Shown: positions 8,081-19,204 of the stretch, piece by piece
Position numbering within the stretch: position 1 is the first letter of the stretch
Layout of the letters: every line of letters begins with the position of its first letter
Assembly (NCBI GenBank): GCA_034670305.1
Contig: JAXMNT010000035.1
Span: forward strand, 1 to 64,000
Source of the DNA: Deltaproteobacteria bacterium
GTDB taxonomy: Bacteria > Myxococcota_A > Polyangia > Polyangiales > Houyiibacteriaceae
DNA: 64,000 nucleotides
Direction of reading: 5' to 3'
Translations under genes and position numbers: made by a program
The notes under the pieces: model-generated
Database searches by the model: none
What the model saw: the letters and a program-made list of their open reading frames with translations, nothing else
Told to the model about the DNA's origin: nothing

Positions 8081-10603
8081 ATGCGGAAGTTGTTGGTGAC
8101 TCGAGGCGCGCAGGGCGCGGGCAAGACGCATTTCGCGCACACGCTGCGGTTGCATGACCACGTGCTCAGCGCGGATGCGATCCGCCAGATCACCGCGGCG
8201 CCGGTGCTGACGGTCTCGGGCCGGTTCGGCACCTCGCAGGACCACGACGCCCGGGTCTGGAAGCAGCTCATGCAGCTGTGCGACGAACGCATGGGGCGCG
8301 GCGAGTTGCTCATCGTGGACGCGACCCACCCAAACGCGAAGGCATTCGAACCCTACCTCGAGCTTGCCCACAAACACCGCTATGAACTCCGCTGCGTGGA
8401 CTTCGCGGGCGTCCCGCTCGAACGTTGTCTGAAGCAGAACCGCCTGCGCGACGATCCGTGGTTCGTACCCGAGGGCGTCATCAAGAAGACGTGGGCGGCG
8501 TGTGCCGATCCCGAACTGATCTCCGCGATCGCAGCGCTCGGCGTCGAGTCCATCCCGTGGCGAGAAGACCTCGGCCACGTCGACGAAGTGCAGGCCTGGC
8601 TCGACGAACCAATCCTCGACCTCTCCTCCTACGCCGCGGTGGTGCACATCGGCGACCTGCAGGGCTGCTTCACGCCGCTTCGGATGTTGCTCGACCCGAC
8701 TGAAGAAGACGGCGGGATCCGCGCCGAGAACTTCTACATCTTCATCGGCGATCTCTGCGATCGCGGCGACGAGAACGCCGAAGTGGTCCAGTTCGCGCTG
8801 CAGCACATGCACGAAGACAACGTGGTCTTCCTCTGGGGCAACCACGAAGAACACTTGCACCGCTGGGCGCGCGGGCTCGACCCGGTCAGCACCGAGTTCG
8901 ACGAACGCACCCGCCCACAACTCGAGGCGGGCGGCATCACACCCGCCATGCTGGACCCGCTCTGCGACCGGCTGCGCGACGTGGTGCGCTACACCTTCCG
9001 CGGCCACCGCGTGATGGCGTGCCACGCCGGCATGTCCACCGTGCCGAAGATGCCCGCGCGGGTGAGCTCCCGGCAATGGGCGAACGGCGTCGGCTTCTAC
9101 GCCGAAGCGATCGATCCGATCTTCACCGAGCGCGCACCGGAGGGCTGGGTGCAGGTGCATGGCCACCGCAACATTCACTCACTTCCGACCCGCGCCGCGG
9201 AACGCAGCTTCAACCTCGAGGGCAAAGTCGAGTTCGGCGGGGATCTGCGGGTCGTCGTGCTCGACGGCATGGGCTGGCACGAACGCGCGATCCGCAACCC
9301 GGTCTTCCGGCCGATCCAGAAAGTGGTCGCCGCCGGCAAACTCCGCCACGCCAAGAGCCACCCGCAATGGGTCACCGCGGACATGGCCGACGCACCGGCC
9401 GAAGGCGCCGAGATGTTGCCCGTCCTGCGCGCGCACCCGCTCATCTACGAACGACCGTCCAGCAGCGTGCCGCACATCTCCGCGTTCAACTTCACCCGCG
9501 AAGCGTTCTTCGACGCCGCGTGGGACGAGACCAACGTGCGTGCCCGCGGCCTGTTCCTGGACAACGAGACCGGCCGCATCCTCGCGCGCAGCTACGACAA
9601 GTTCTTCAACCTCGGCGAACGGCCCGAGACCCAGCTCGACGCGATCTGCGAGCGGTTCGTGTTCCCGGTCGATGTCTGGCTGAAAGAGAACGGCTACCTC
9701 GGCATCGTGGGATTCGATCACCGCACCCAAGAGCTCGTGTTCACCAGCAAGTCGAGCCTCGAGAGCGACTTCGCCGGCTGGCTGAAGACCCGGGTGGAAG
9801 AGACGCTCGGCGAAGGCGGCTTGCAGACGCTGCGGCGCTACGTGCGCGACGCGCAGGCGTCCCTGGTCTTCGAGGTCGTCGAGCCGGTGCACGATCCGCA
9901 CATCGTCGCGTACGACGCGCCGGTGCTCGTCTTGCTGGACGTCGTGCGCCGCGCCGAGAAGTTCGAACGCATGGACTACGACCGGTTGCAGAAGCTCGGT
10001 CAGTGGCTCGGGTTCCAGGTCAAGCAGCGCGCCGCCCGGCTGCCTTCCGAACGCGCGCTCCGCGGCTACCTCGGTCAAGCGCTCGAAGACGACGAACGCC
10101 AGGTCGAAGGCTACGTGCTCGAAGACGCGGCCGGCGCGCAGGTGAAGATCAAACTTCCCTACTACCAGTTCTGGAAACGCATGCGCTCGCTCAAGGACCG
10201 GGTGCTCAAGACCCGCGGTTCCAATCAGCCGCTGCAGCGGGATCTCAGCGACCCGCGCGTCGCCGCGTTTCACGCGTGGCTGACGGAGTGTTCGGACGAG
10301 ACCTTGAAGCTCGGCATCGTCGAACTGCGCGCGATGTACCTCGACGGCCACGTGCCTCCGCCACGGATCGGCGAAGCGAAACCGGATCCGAAGGTGCGCG
10401 GATTCGAACGGGCCCTCGAAGGCCTCGAGGGCGAGGCGCTCAAACCCGCGACCGCCGAAAAGCTGCTCGAGAAGGCCCTCGCCCACGACGGCATCCTCGC
10501 GATGCTGCGCGAGCGCCCCGAGCGGGTCGCCTTGGTGCTCGCCTGTCCAGAGGGCGACACGCGTACCGAAGCGGCGGAGCGCCTGAACGTGGACGTGGCG
10601 TAG
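8081..10603 (+). CDS. Polynucleotide kinase / metallophosphoesterase / Rnl1-type RNA ligase fusion
   Basis: P-loop GAQGAGKT; calcineurin-like GDLQG, GDLCDRG, GNHE, HAG, HGH; ligase RARGLF, SYDKFFN, KENG (motif I), EGYV (IV), KIK (V). Confidence 0.9.
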   Translation: MRKLLVTRGAQGAGKTHFAHTLRLHDHVLSADAIRQITAAPVLTVSGRFGTSQDHDARVWKQLMQLCDERMGRGELLIVDATHPNAKAFEPYLELAHKHRYELRCVDFAGVPLERCLKQNRLRDDPWFVPEGVIKKTWAACADPELISAIAALGVESIPWREDLGHVDEVQAWLDEPILDLSSYAAVVHIGDLQGCFTPLRMLLDPTEEDGGIRAENFYIFIGDLCDRGDENAEVVQFALQHMHEDNVVFLWGNHEEHLHRWARGLDPVSTEFDERTRPQLEAGGITPAMLDPLCDRLRDVVRYTFRGHRVMACHAGMSTVPKMPARVSSRQWANGVGFYAEAIDPIFTERAPEGWVQVHGHRNIHSLPTRAAERSFNLEGKVEFGGDLRVVVLDGMGWHERAIRNPVFRPIQKVVAAGKLRHAKSHPQWVTADMADAPAEGAEMLPVLRAHPLIYERPSSSVPHISAFNFTREAFFDAAWDETNVRARGLFLDNETGRILARSYDKFFNLGERPETQLDAICERFVFPVDVWLKENGYLGIVGFDHRTQELVFTSKSSLESDFAGWLKTRVEETLGEGGLQTLRRYVRDAQASLVFEVVEPVHDPHIVAYDAPVLVLLDVVRRAEKFERMDYDRLQKLGQWLGFQVKQRAARLPSERALRGYLGQALEDDERQVEGYVLEDAAGAQVKIKLPYYQFWKRMRSLKDRVLKTRGSNQPLQRDLSDPRVAAFHAWLTECSDETLKLGIVELRAMYLDGHVPPPRIGEAKPDPKVRGFERALEGLEGEALKPATAEKLLEKALAHDGILAMLRERPERVALVLACPEGDTRTEAAERLNVDVA

Positions 10604-10605
10604 CT

Positions 10606-10629
10606 GGAAGCGGAAGCGGTAGCGGTAGC
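10606..10629. repeat. (GGAAGC)2(GGTAGC)2 short hexamer array
   Basis: Directly after the ligase stop and downstream of the four-helix-bundle gene. Confidence 0.85.
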
Positions 10630-10666
10630 GCGACGGCCGGCGCCCCGAAGGACGCCGGCCTCACCT

Positions 10667-10981
10667 TCAGCGGCTCAGCTTGTACAGCATCGCGCAGACG
10701 TGGTCGCAGCGGTCGAGCAGCGCCGCGTCGACGTCCACGTACCCGAAGACCTCCGCCAGTTGGATCGCCGCCTTCAGCTCACTGCACTCGCCATAGGCAA
10801 TCGAGAACTTGTCGTGACAGCGAAGCCCCCGGGCCTGCCGAGCCTCTGCAATGTTCAGGACCACGCTCTGCGCCGCTCGCTGCATCTGCGAAGCGAGCGA
10901 AGCGTCATGCTTGCGAACGGCCGGTAGAACCTGGGCGCGAAGCGAGCGCACGAGTTCAAAAGAAGTTTGAAGAACGATCAT
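10667..10981 (-). CDS. Four-helix-bundle protein (23S rRNA IVP / TIGR02436-like)
   Basis: 104 aa; LASQMQRAAQSVVLNIAE and FSIAYGECSEL match the family pattern QxxRAAxSxxxNIAE...IAxGxxxE. Confidence 0.85.
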   Translation of the reverse strand: MIVLQTSFELVRSLRAQVLPAVRKHDASLASQMQRAAQSVVLNIAEARQARGLRCHDKFSIAYGECSELKAAIQLAEVFGYVDVDAALLDRCDHVCAMLYKLSR

Positions 10982-11013
10982 CGGAGACCCCTGTGTGAAG
11001 ACGACCGAGCAAT

Positions 11014-11150
11014 GTGCCCGGCGGCCGCAGGCCGCCGTCGTCTGGGGGGTCAGGGGTCAAGGGCGAAGCCAGCCTTCCGAAGGCTGGGGGCCGCAGGCCA
11101 CCCTTGAGGCCTGGCACCCCAGACGGCACGCTTGATCACCCGCCGGGCAC
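11014..11150. other. Branched multi-hairpin structured element upstream of the four-helix-bundle gene
   Basis: Complementary pairs 11014-11024/11140-11150, 11039-11047/11117-11125, 11051-11054/11110-11113, 11057-11063/11101-11107, 11069-11076/11080-11087, 11089-11092/11096-11099. Confidence 0.75.
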
Positions 11151-11229
11151 CAACCCCCCTCCGGCGACCCGTTCGAACACGGCAGTCACCCCGAAACGAG
11201 CCCACACGGAAGCCCTCGGCCTCAGCTGC

Positions 11230-11368
11230 AGAAACAGAAGCGGACGCGGAAGCGGAAACGGAAGCGGAAGCGGAAGCGGAAGCGGAAGCGGAAGCGGAAA
11301 CGGAAGCGGAAGCGGAAGCGGCCGCAAGAACCACGGGCAAGGGCAGGGGCATGGGCAACGGCAAGGGG
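11230..11368. repeat. (GGAAGC)n array followed by a (GGGCAN)n array
   Basis: 11230-11320 GGAAGC/GGAAAC/GGACGC units; 11335-11368 contains five G-tracts. Confidence 0.95.
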
Positions 11369-11426
11369 CCCAGTCCTCCTTCGGATCGGACCGTGCCCTG
11401 TCTCACCCCGCTGGTAGGGTGTGCAG

Positions 11427-13436
11427 ATGGCCGTGGGCAAGTTGCACCTGAGTAGCGAGATGACGCCGAAGGGCGATCAGCCGACCGCCATCGCGGAGCT
11501 GACCGCCGGCATCGAAAAGGGCGAGAAGCACCAGACGCTCCTCGGCATCACCGGCAGCGGCAAGACCTTCACCGTCGCCAACGTGCTGGCGAACACGGAC
11601 CGGCCGGCGCTCATCATGGCGCCCAACAAGACGCTCGCCGCGCAGCTCTACGCGGAGCTCCGGCAGCTCTTCCCGGACAACGCGGTCGAGTACTTCGTCA
11701 GCTACTACGACTACTACCAGCCCGAAGCCTACATCCCGAGCTCGGACACCTTCATCGAGAAGGACGCGATCATCAACGACGCGATCGACCGGATGCGGCA
11801 CAGCGCGACCCGCTCGCTCCTGAGCCGGCGCGACGTGATCATCGTGGCCAGCGTGTCCTGCATCTACGGCATCGGCGCGGCCGAGTGGTACCACGAGATG
11901 TTGATCGACTTGCGCAAGGGCGAAGAGTTCTTGCGGGCGCGGCTGCTGCGCCGGCTGGTCGACATCCAATACAAGCGCAACGACGTCGACTTTCACCGCG
12001 GCACGTTCCGGGTGCGCGGCGACGTGGTGGAGATCTTCCCGGCCCACTCCGACAAGCTCGCGGTCCGGGTGGAGTTCTTCGGCGACGAGATCGACCGCAT
12101 CGTCGAGGTCGACCCGCTGCGCGGCACCGTCGTGCAGGAGCTCGATCAGTACGCGATCTACCCGGGCAGCCACTACGTGACCCCCGAGCAACAGCGCGCG
12201 CAGGCGATCGAGCGCATCCGCAACGAGCTGCGCGAACGGCTCCAAGAACTCGAGAGCGCCGGCAAGTTGCTGGAACGGCAGCGGCTCGAACAACGCACGA
12301 TGTTCGACCTCGAGATGCTCGAGCAGATGGGGTTCTGTCAGGGCATCGAGAACTATTCGCGGCATCTGTCCGGCCGCAAAGAAGGCGAACCGCCGCCGAC
12401 CCTCATCGACTACTTCCCGGACGACTTCCTCCTGATCCTCGACGAGTCGCACCAGACGGTGCCGCAGATCGGCGCCATGTACCGGGGCGACCGCGCGCGA
12501 AAGCTCACGTTGGTCTCGCACGGGTTCCGGCTGCCGAGCGCGCTCGACAACCGCCCGCTCCAGTTCGAAGAGTGGGAGGCGCACGTCAAGCAGGCCATCT
12601 ATGTGTCGGCGACGCCGGGCGACTACGAACTCGACAAAGCCGAGGGCGTCTTCGTTGAGCAGGTCATCCGGCCGACCGGGCTGATGGATCCGATCATCGA
12701 AGTCCGGCCGGTCAAATCCCAGGTCGACGACCTGCTCGCCGAAGTGCGTTTGCGGGTGGAACGGGACGAGCGGGTGCTGGTCACGACGCTGACCAAACGC
12801 ATGAGCGAGGACCTCACCGAATACTACGCGGAGCTCGGCGTGCGGGTGCGCTACCTGCACAGCGACATCGACACCATCGAGCGCATGGAGATCCTGCGTG
12901 ATCTGCGCAAAGGCGAGTTCGACGTGCTCGTCGGCATCAACCTGCTGCGGGAAGGCTTGGACCTGCCGGAGGTGTCGCTCGTCGCGATCCTCGACGCGGA
13001 CCGGCAAGGTTTTCTGCGTTCCGCCCGTTCGCTCATCCAGACCTCTGGGCGCGCGGCCCGCAACGAACACGGCCGGGTGCTCATGTACGCCGACAAGATC
13101 ACCGACGCGATGCAGATCGCGATCGACGAGACCAAACGGCGCCGGGTGATCCAGGCCGCCTACAACGAGAAGCACGGCATCACCCCCACCACGGTGCGCA
13201 AAGCGGTCATGGAGCTCGACCCGTCGATGGGCCTGAGTGACTACGCCGCGGTCCCCAAAGTCGGCGACGACGAGGGCACGGTCGAAGAGCGCATCGAAGC
13301 GCTGCGCGGCGCGATGTACGCCGCAGCGGAGGATCTCGATTTCGAGAAGGCCGCCCGCTGCCGCGACCAGATCAAAGCGCTCGAAGGCAGCGACAAACGC
13401 CCCCCCGACAAGAAACGCCAACGCCCCCGGCGGTGA
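11427..13436 (+). CDS. uvrB: Excinuclease ABC subunit B
   Basis: [47 protein letters not shown]-terminal UVR motif. Confidence 0.98.
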   Translation: MAVGKLHLSSEMTPKGDQPTAIAELTAGIEKGEKHQTLLGITGSGKTFTVANVLANTDRPALIMAPNKTLAAQLYAELRQLFPDNAVEYFVSYYDYYQPEAYIPSSDTFIEKDAIINDAIDRMRHSATRSLLSRRDVIIVASVSCIYGIGAAEWYHEMLIDLRKGEEFLRARLLRRLVDIQYKRNDVDFHRGTFRVRGDVVEIFPAHSDKLAVRVEFFGDEIDRIVEVDPLRGTVVQELDQYAIYPGSHYVTPEQQRAQAIERIRNELRERLQELESAGKLLERQRLEQRTMFDLEMLEQMGFCQGIENYSRHLSGRKEGEPPPTLIDYFPDDFLLILDESHQTVPQIGAMYRGDRARKLTLVSHGFRLPSALDNRPLQFEEWEAHVKQAIYVSATPGDYELDKAEGVFVEQVIRPTGLMDPIIEVRPVKSQVDDLLAEVRLRVERDERVLVTTLTKRMSEDLTEYYAELGVRVRYLHSDIDTIERMEILRDLRKGEFDVLVGINLLREGLDLPEVSLVAILDADRQGFLRSARSLIQTSGRAARNEHGRVLMYADKITDAMQIAIDETKRRRVIQAAYNEKHGITPTTVRKAVMELDPSMGLSDYAAVPKVGDDEGTVEERIEALRGAMYAAAEDLDFEKAARCRDQIKALEGSDKRPPDKKRQRPRR

Positions 13437-13587
13437 GTGCTGGTTTCTCGGCCACCGCCCCCCAACCCTGTGACCCGCTTCGCCGCGTCAATTGCGGAGA
13501 TGGCGGACTTGTGAACCTTCCTTACAATTGCGGGTCCGTACCGCTTCTCTGTGTTGCTTGGAGTGGGATCCGAGGTACCAATCGTCT

Positions 13588-14427
13588 GTGCGGTTCGTGA
13601 TCCCGGTTCTATTGGTGGTGTTGGCGGGCTCGGTCGCCGCTCAACCCCCGCCCGGGCCCGACGCCCACGCCGCTGCGATGGCCCGGAGTCTGTTCCACGA
13701 AGGGGTGGAACTCGCCGACGCGCACCAGTGGTCGGAGGCCGCCGATCGGTTTCGTCGCGCCCAGGCCATGCGGCCTTCGCCGATCATCGCCTTCAACCTG
13801 AGCGTCGCGGTGCTGGAAGCGGGCATCGAACACGAGTCGCTCGTAGAAGCCGTCGAGATGCTCGAGTGGGTCCGCCGGCACGCCGAGACGCCCGAAGCCA
13901 TGGCGGCCGACGCGACCGCTCGGCTCGAACTGAACCGGCCTCGACTTGCGAGCGTCCGGTTGTCCATCGAGGGCTCGCTCGACGGAGTGACCTTGTCGAT
14001 CGACGACCGCCCCGTGCCCCACGGAGCCGTCGGCGCGTGGATCCCGGTGAACCCCAGTGAACACACTGTGGTCGCGATGCGCGGCGAAGAACGGTTCTCG
14101 GCGGCGGTGCCGTTGCTCGAAGAGGGAACGGAGTACGAGGTCGCGCTGACCATTCCGGCCTTCGTGCCCGAAGTCGTCGAACCCGAAGTCGTGGTCGACC
14201 CGGCGGAGGACGCGCGGCGCGCGCTCGAAGCCCAGCGACGCCACAACCTACTGATGGCCGACCAGCGGCAGCAGGAGCAGACCTCCCGTCGGCAACGACG
14301 ACGGCGACGGGCGATCGGCATCACGGTCGCGCTGCTGGTGGCTGGCGCCGCGGCGACGACCGCGGTCGTGCTCACCCGCGACGACCCCCACCCCAACGGC
14401 ACGCTGCAGACGGTGGACTGGCGATGA
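13588..14427 (+). CDS. TPR/PEGA-like membrane-anchored protein (myxobacterial type)
   Basis: Signal peptide, ARSLFHEGVEL...WSEAADRF TPR-like segment, beta domain, C-terminal TM helix. Confidence 0.7.
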   Translation: MRFVIPVLLVVLAGSVAAQPPPGPDAHAAAMARSLFHEGVELADAHQWSEAADRFRRAQAMRPSPIIAFNLSVAVLEAGIEHESLVEAVEMLEWVRRHAETPEAMAADATARLELNRPRLASVRLSIEGSLDGVTLSIDDRPVPHGAVGAWIPVNPSEHTVVAMRGEERFSAAVPLLEEGTEYEVALTIPAFVPEVVEPEVVVDPAEDARRALEAQRRHNLLMADQRQQEQTSRRQRRRRRAIGITVALLVAGAAATTAVVLTRDDPHPNGTLQTVDWR

Positions 14428-15896
14428 GCAGAGCCAGCGTGACTCGAAGCGTCGCCCTGGGCGCGCTGCTCTCGGTGGCAGCCTGCGCCGACCCCTCGAC
14501 GGGGATCCTCCTGACCATCGAGTCGGACGGCACCCTCGACGAGGTGCTCATCGACTCCGACATCGGCATGGCCACCAGCCGCACCTCCCCCACCGGCGGC
14601 ACCCTCGAAACGATCGAGACCATCAGCATTCTCGTGTCGTCCACGCTGGACGGAGAGCCGGTCGAGATCTCCGTCCAGGGCCAAATCTCGGGTTCTCCCG
14701 CGGGCCGGGCATCGGGCAGCGTCGCGATCCAAGCCGGTTCGTTGGTCCCGCTGACCCTCTCGCTGACCCGGCCCTGCGGCAACGGCACCCTCGAGGCGGG
14801 CGAAAGCTGCGACGACGAGAACCAGACCGGCGGCGATGGGTGTTCCGCCACCTGCACGGTCGAACCTGGCTTCTCCTGCACCGGCGTGCCGTCGGTCTGT
14901 GTCAGTGGCTGCGATCCTGCCTGCAGCGAGGGACAGCGCTGCGACCCGGACCGTGTGTGCCGCTGCGATCCCGCCACCTGCGCGGGCTGCTGCGACGGCG
15001 ACGCCTGTGTGGCCGGCGACACCGCCGGGAGCTGCGGAACGATGGGCGAGAACTGCCAGGCGTGTGTGTCAGGGGACATGTGTCGGGCCGGCGAGTGCAG
15101 CTCCTGCTCGCTCGATTCGTGCGGCGGCTGCTGCGCGGGCGCGTCCTGCGTGGATGCCCTCGAGTTCCCGAACTGTGGCGTGAGCGCCGCCGGAGACTGC
15201 GTGTCCTGCGACGTCGCCACCGCCGACGGCTGCGCCGCTGGGGCATGCAGTTGCGGCGGCGGCCCGTCGTGCGGCGCCAGCGAAACGTGTGTCGACGGCG
15301 CATGCCGCGTCGAGTGCACGCCCGACACCTGCGACGGTTGCTGCAACGGAGAGATCTGCGTCGCCGAACCGAGCCTCACCCAATGCGGGGTGGCCGGCGA
15401 AGCCTGCCAAGCTTGCAGGCCGGGCCGGGCCGACGCCTGCATCTTCGGTGTCTGCCAGTGCGGCACGGACTTCGAGTGCCCGGATGGATCCGCTTGCACC
15501 GACGGGCGATGCGTCTGCATCGGCGCGGCGTGCATGCTCGGTGGGGCCTGCGTCCCGAACGACCAGCCCAGCAGCTGCGGGGACGCGGGCGGCACCTGTA
15601 CGGTCTGCGACGCACAGGCGGACCGCTGCACCGACGGGGTCTGCACCTGCGGCACCGGACCGGCGTGTGGACCCGAGGAGGAATGCATGGGGGGCGCCTG
15701 CCGCTGCGACGGAGTCATCTGTGGCGCCGGCTTGCGGTGCATCGGGCGGTTCTGCGAGTGCGACACCATCTCGTGCGACGGCTGCTGCCGCGCCAGCGAA
15801 TGCCAGCCGGGAACAACTCGGATGGCCTGCGGCGTGGGCGGAGTGGCGTGCATGGGTTGCGGCGCAGGCGTCTGTATGGACGGCTCCTGCCTCTGA
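14424..15896 (+). CDS. Cys-rich repeat lipoprotein (myxococcal Cys-rich/DUF4215-like)
   Basis: Lipobox VAAC; CGNGTLEAGESCDD...GDGCSATC; many Cys repeats. Confidence 0.8.
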   Translation: MSRASVTRSVALGALLSVAACADPSTGILLTIESDGTLDEVLIDSDIGMATSRTSPTGGTLETIETISILVSSTLDGEPVEISVQGQISGSPAGRASGSVAIQAGSLVPLTLSLTRPCGNGTLEAGESCDDENQTGGDGCSATCTVEPGFSCTGVPSVCVSGCDPACSEGQRCDPDRVCRCDPATCAGCCDGDACVAGDTAGSCGTMGENCQACVSGDMCRAGECSSCSLDSCGGCCAGASCVDALEFPNCGVSAAGDCVSCDVATADGCAAGACSCGGGPSCGASETCVDGACRVECTPDTCDGCCNGEICVAEPSLTQCGVAGEACQACRPGRADACIFGVCQCGTDFECPDGSACTDGRCVCIGAACMLGGACVPNDQPSSCGDAGGTCTVCDAQADRCTDGVCTCGTGPACGPEEECMGGACRCDGVICGAGLRCIGRFCECDTISCDGCCRASECQPGTTRMACGVGGVACMGCGAGVCMDGSCL

Positions 15897-16004
15897 AAAT
15901 TTCCGCTGGCCGTGGTTCGACTCCGCCCTCCTTGGACGAACTCATTCCGGCCTTGGATCATTGATCGGTTGCCCGAAACTCCCGTACACCGGACAGTACG
16001 AGTT

Positions 16005-17501
<1,497 letters not shown>

Positions 17502-17521
17502 TTTCGCACTCTGAACGCGGC

Positions 17522-19108
17522 TCAGTTCGCGCGGATGGGCATCGTCTCGAGGAACGTCCAGTCGGCGTTCTCTCGAATCGCGCGCTCGAGCTCCCACTCG
17601 TCGCGGAAGAGCGCCACGAGGCCGCCGTCGATGTCGTGCACCGCCAGCGGAATGCGTTTCGCGATGAGGTCCTCCGCCGTCTCCGGACCCTGCACCCAGC
17701 GCGCGTGGCTGTAGGGCAGGTTGTCGAAGCTGATCTTCGCGCCGTACTCGTGCTGCAGCCGGAACACCAACACCTCGAACTGAAGTTTGCCCACCACGCC
17801 GCAGATCGGATCCTTCTCGCGGCCCGGCTCGCTGAAGAGCTGCACGGTGCCTTCTTCGGCGAGCTGCGAGATCCCCTTCTGGAGTTGCTTGCGTTTGAGT
17901 GGATCGAGCAGAACCACCCGGCCGAAATGCTCCGGGCTGAACCGCGGAACCGCGTCGAAACTCATCGCCGCTTCGCTCGCGAGGGTGTCGCCGATCCGGA
18001 ACAGGCCCGGGTCGTAGAGCCCGACGATGTCGCCGGCCCACGCTTCCATCACCGTCTCGCGTTCTTGCGCGAAGAACTGCTCCGCCCGGTTCAGGCGGAT
18101 GGCTTTGCCGAGGCGCGAGTGGTGCACTTTCATACCGCCCTCGAACTTGCCGCTGCAGATGCGCGCGAAGGCGATGCGGTCGCGGTGCGAGGGGTCCATG
18201 TTGGCCTGCACCTTGAAGACGAACGCGCTGAACCGTTTGTCGTCCGGCGGGATCGATTCGCCGTCGGCGTCCGCCCGCGGGCCGGGCGGCGGGCAGAGAT
18301 CCGCGAAGGACTTCATGAACGGCTCGATGCCAAAGCTGTTGAGCGCGCTGCCGAAGAACACCGGGGACAGTTCGCCCGCCCGAAAGCGTGCTTCGTCCCA
18401 CTCTTCGCCGGCGCCTTCGAGCAGCTCCACTTCGTCGCGGAGCGCACCGGCCGGCTTGTCACCGAGCAACTTGCCGAGCTTCTCGGACGCGAGGTCCTCG
18501 ATCTCGACGACGGCCTTGCTCGCGTTGCCGGACTCGCCGCGATCGAAGCGCAGCACCTTCTGGGCGTGCCGGTCGTACACGCCCTGGAAGAGATCGCCCG
18601 AACCGATGGGCCAGGTGTAGGGGTAGCTCTCGATGCCGAGCACGTCTTCGACCTGGCTCATCAGATCGAACGCGTCCCGAGCGGGCCGGTCGAGTTTGTT
18701 GATGAACGTGACGATCGGGATGCCGCGCATGCGGCAGACGTGGAAGAGCTTCCGGGTCTGGGGTTCGACGCCCTTGGCGGCGTCGAGGATCATGATCGCG
18801 CAGTCCGCCGCGGTCAGCGTGCGGTAGGTGTCTTCCGAGAAGTCGTTGTGGCCCGGGGTGTCGAGCAGGTTCCAGCGGATCTCGTCGTAGGTGAACTGCA
18901 GCACCGAGCTCGTGACCGAGATGCCGCGCTGCTTCTCGAGCGCCATCCAGTCACTGGTGGCCGCGCGTTTGGCTTTGCGCGACTTCACCGCGCCCGCCAT
19001 GTGGATCGCGCCACCGTAGAGCAGCAGCTTCTCGGTCAGGGTGGTCTTGCCAGCGTCCGGATGCGAGATGATCGCAAAGGTACGCCGGCGCAGGTGCTCG
19101 GCAGCCAT
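17522..19108 (-). CDS. prfC: Peptide chain release factor 3
   Basis: RRTFAIISHPDAGKTT, DWMALEKQRGIS, DTPGH, FKVQANMDPSHRDR. Confidence 0.98.
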   Translation of the reverse strand: MAAEHLRRRTFAIISHPDAGKTTLTEKLLLYGGAIHMAGAVKSRKAKRAATSDWMALEKQRGISVTSSVLQFTYDEIRWNLLDTPGHNDFSEDTYRTLTAADCAIMILDAAKGVEPQTRKLFHVCRMRGIPIVTFINKLDRPARDAFDLMSQVEDVLGIESYPYTWPIGSGDLFQGVYDRHAQKVLRFDRGESGNASKAVVEIEDLASEKLGKLLGDKPAGALRDEVELLEGAGEEWDEARFRAGELSPVFFGSALNSFGIEPFMKSFADLCPPPGPRADADGESIPPDDKRFSAFVFKVQANMDPSHRDRIAFARICSGKFEGGMKVHHSRLGKAIRLNRAEQFFAQERETVMEAWAGDIVGLYDPGLFRIGDTLASEAAMSFDAVPRFSPEHFGRVVLLDPLKRKQLQKGISQLAEEGTVQLFSEPGREKDPICGVVGKLQFEVLVFRLQHEYGAKISFDNLPYSHARWVQGPETAEDLIAKRIPLAVHDIDGGLVALFRDEWELERAIRENADWTFLETMPIRAN

Positions 19109-19204
19109 GGGCGGGCCTTAGAGCAAAAGACGCCCTCCGTCGATGCGCCGCGACGGCACGCGCGGCAACTGCCACCTCGGCCCTGAACCTGCTACCAATG
19201 CGGC

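Noticed and set aside
8081-10603. Pnkp-Hen1 operon
   Set aside because: No Hen1 methyltransferase is adjacent, and the ligase motifs look Rnl1-like
10667-11390. Complete diversity-generating retroelement or retron
   Set aside because: No reverse transcriptase and no TR/VR pair are visible in the window; only the Avd-like fold is shared
11370-11427. LexA/SOS box upstream of uvrB
   Set aside because: No convincing match to a known box was seen
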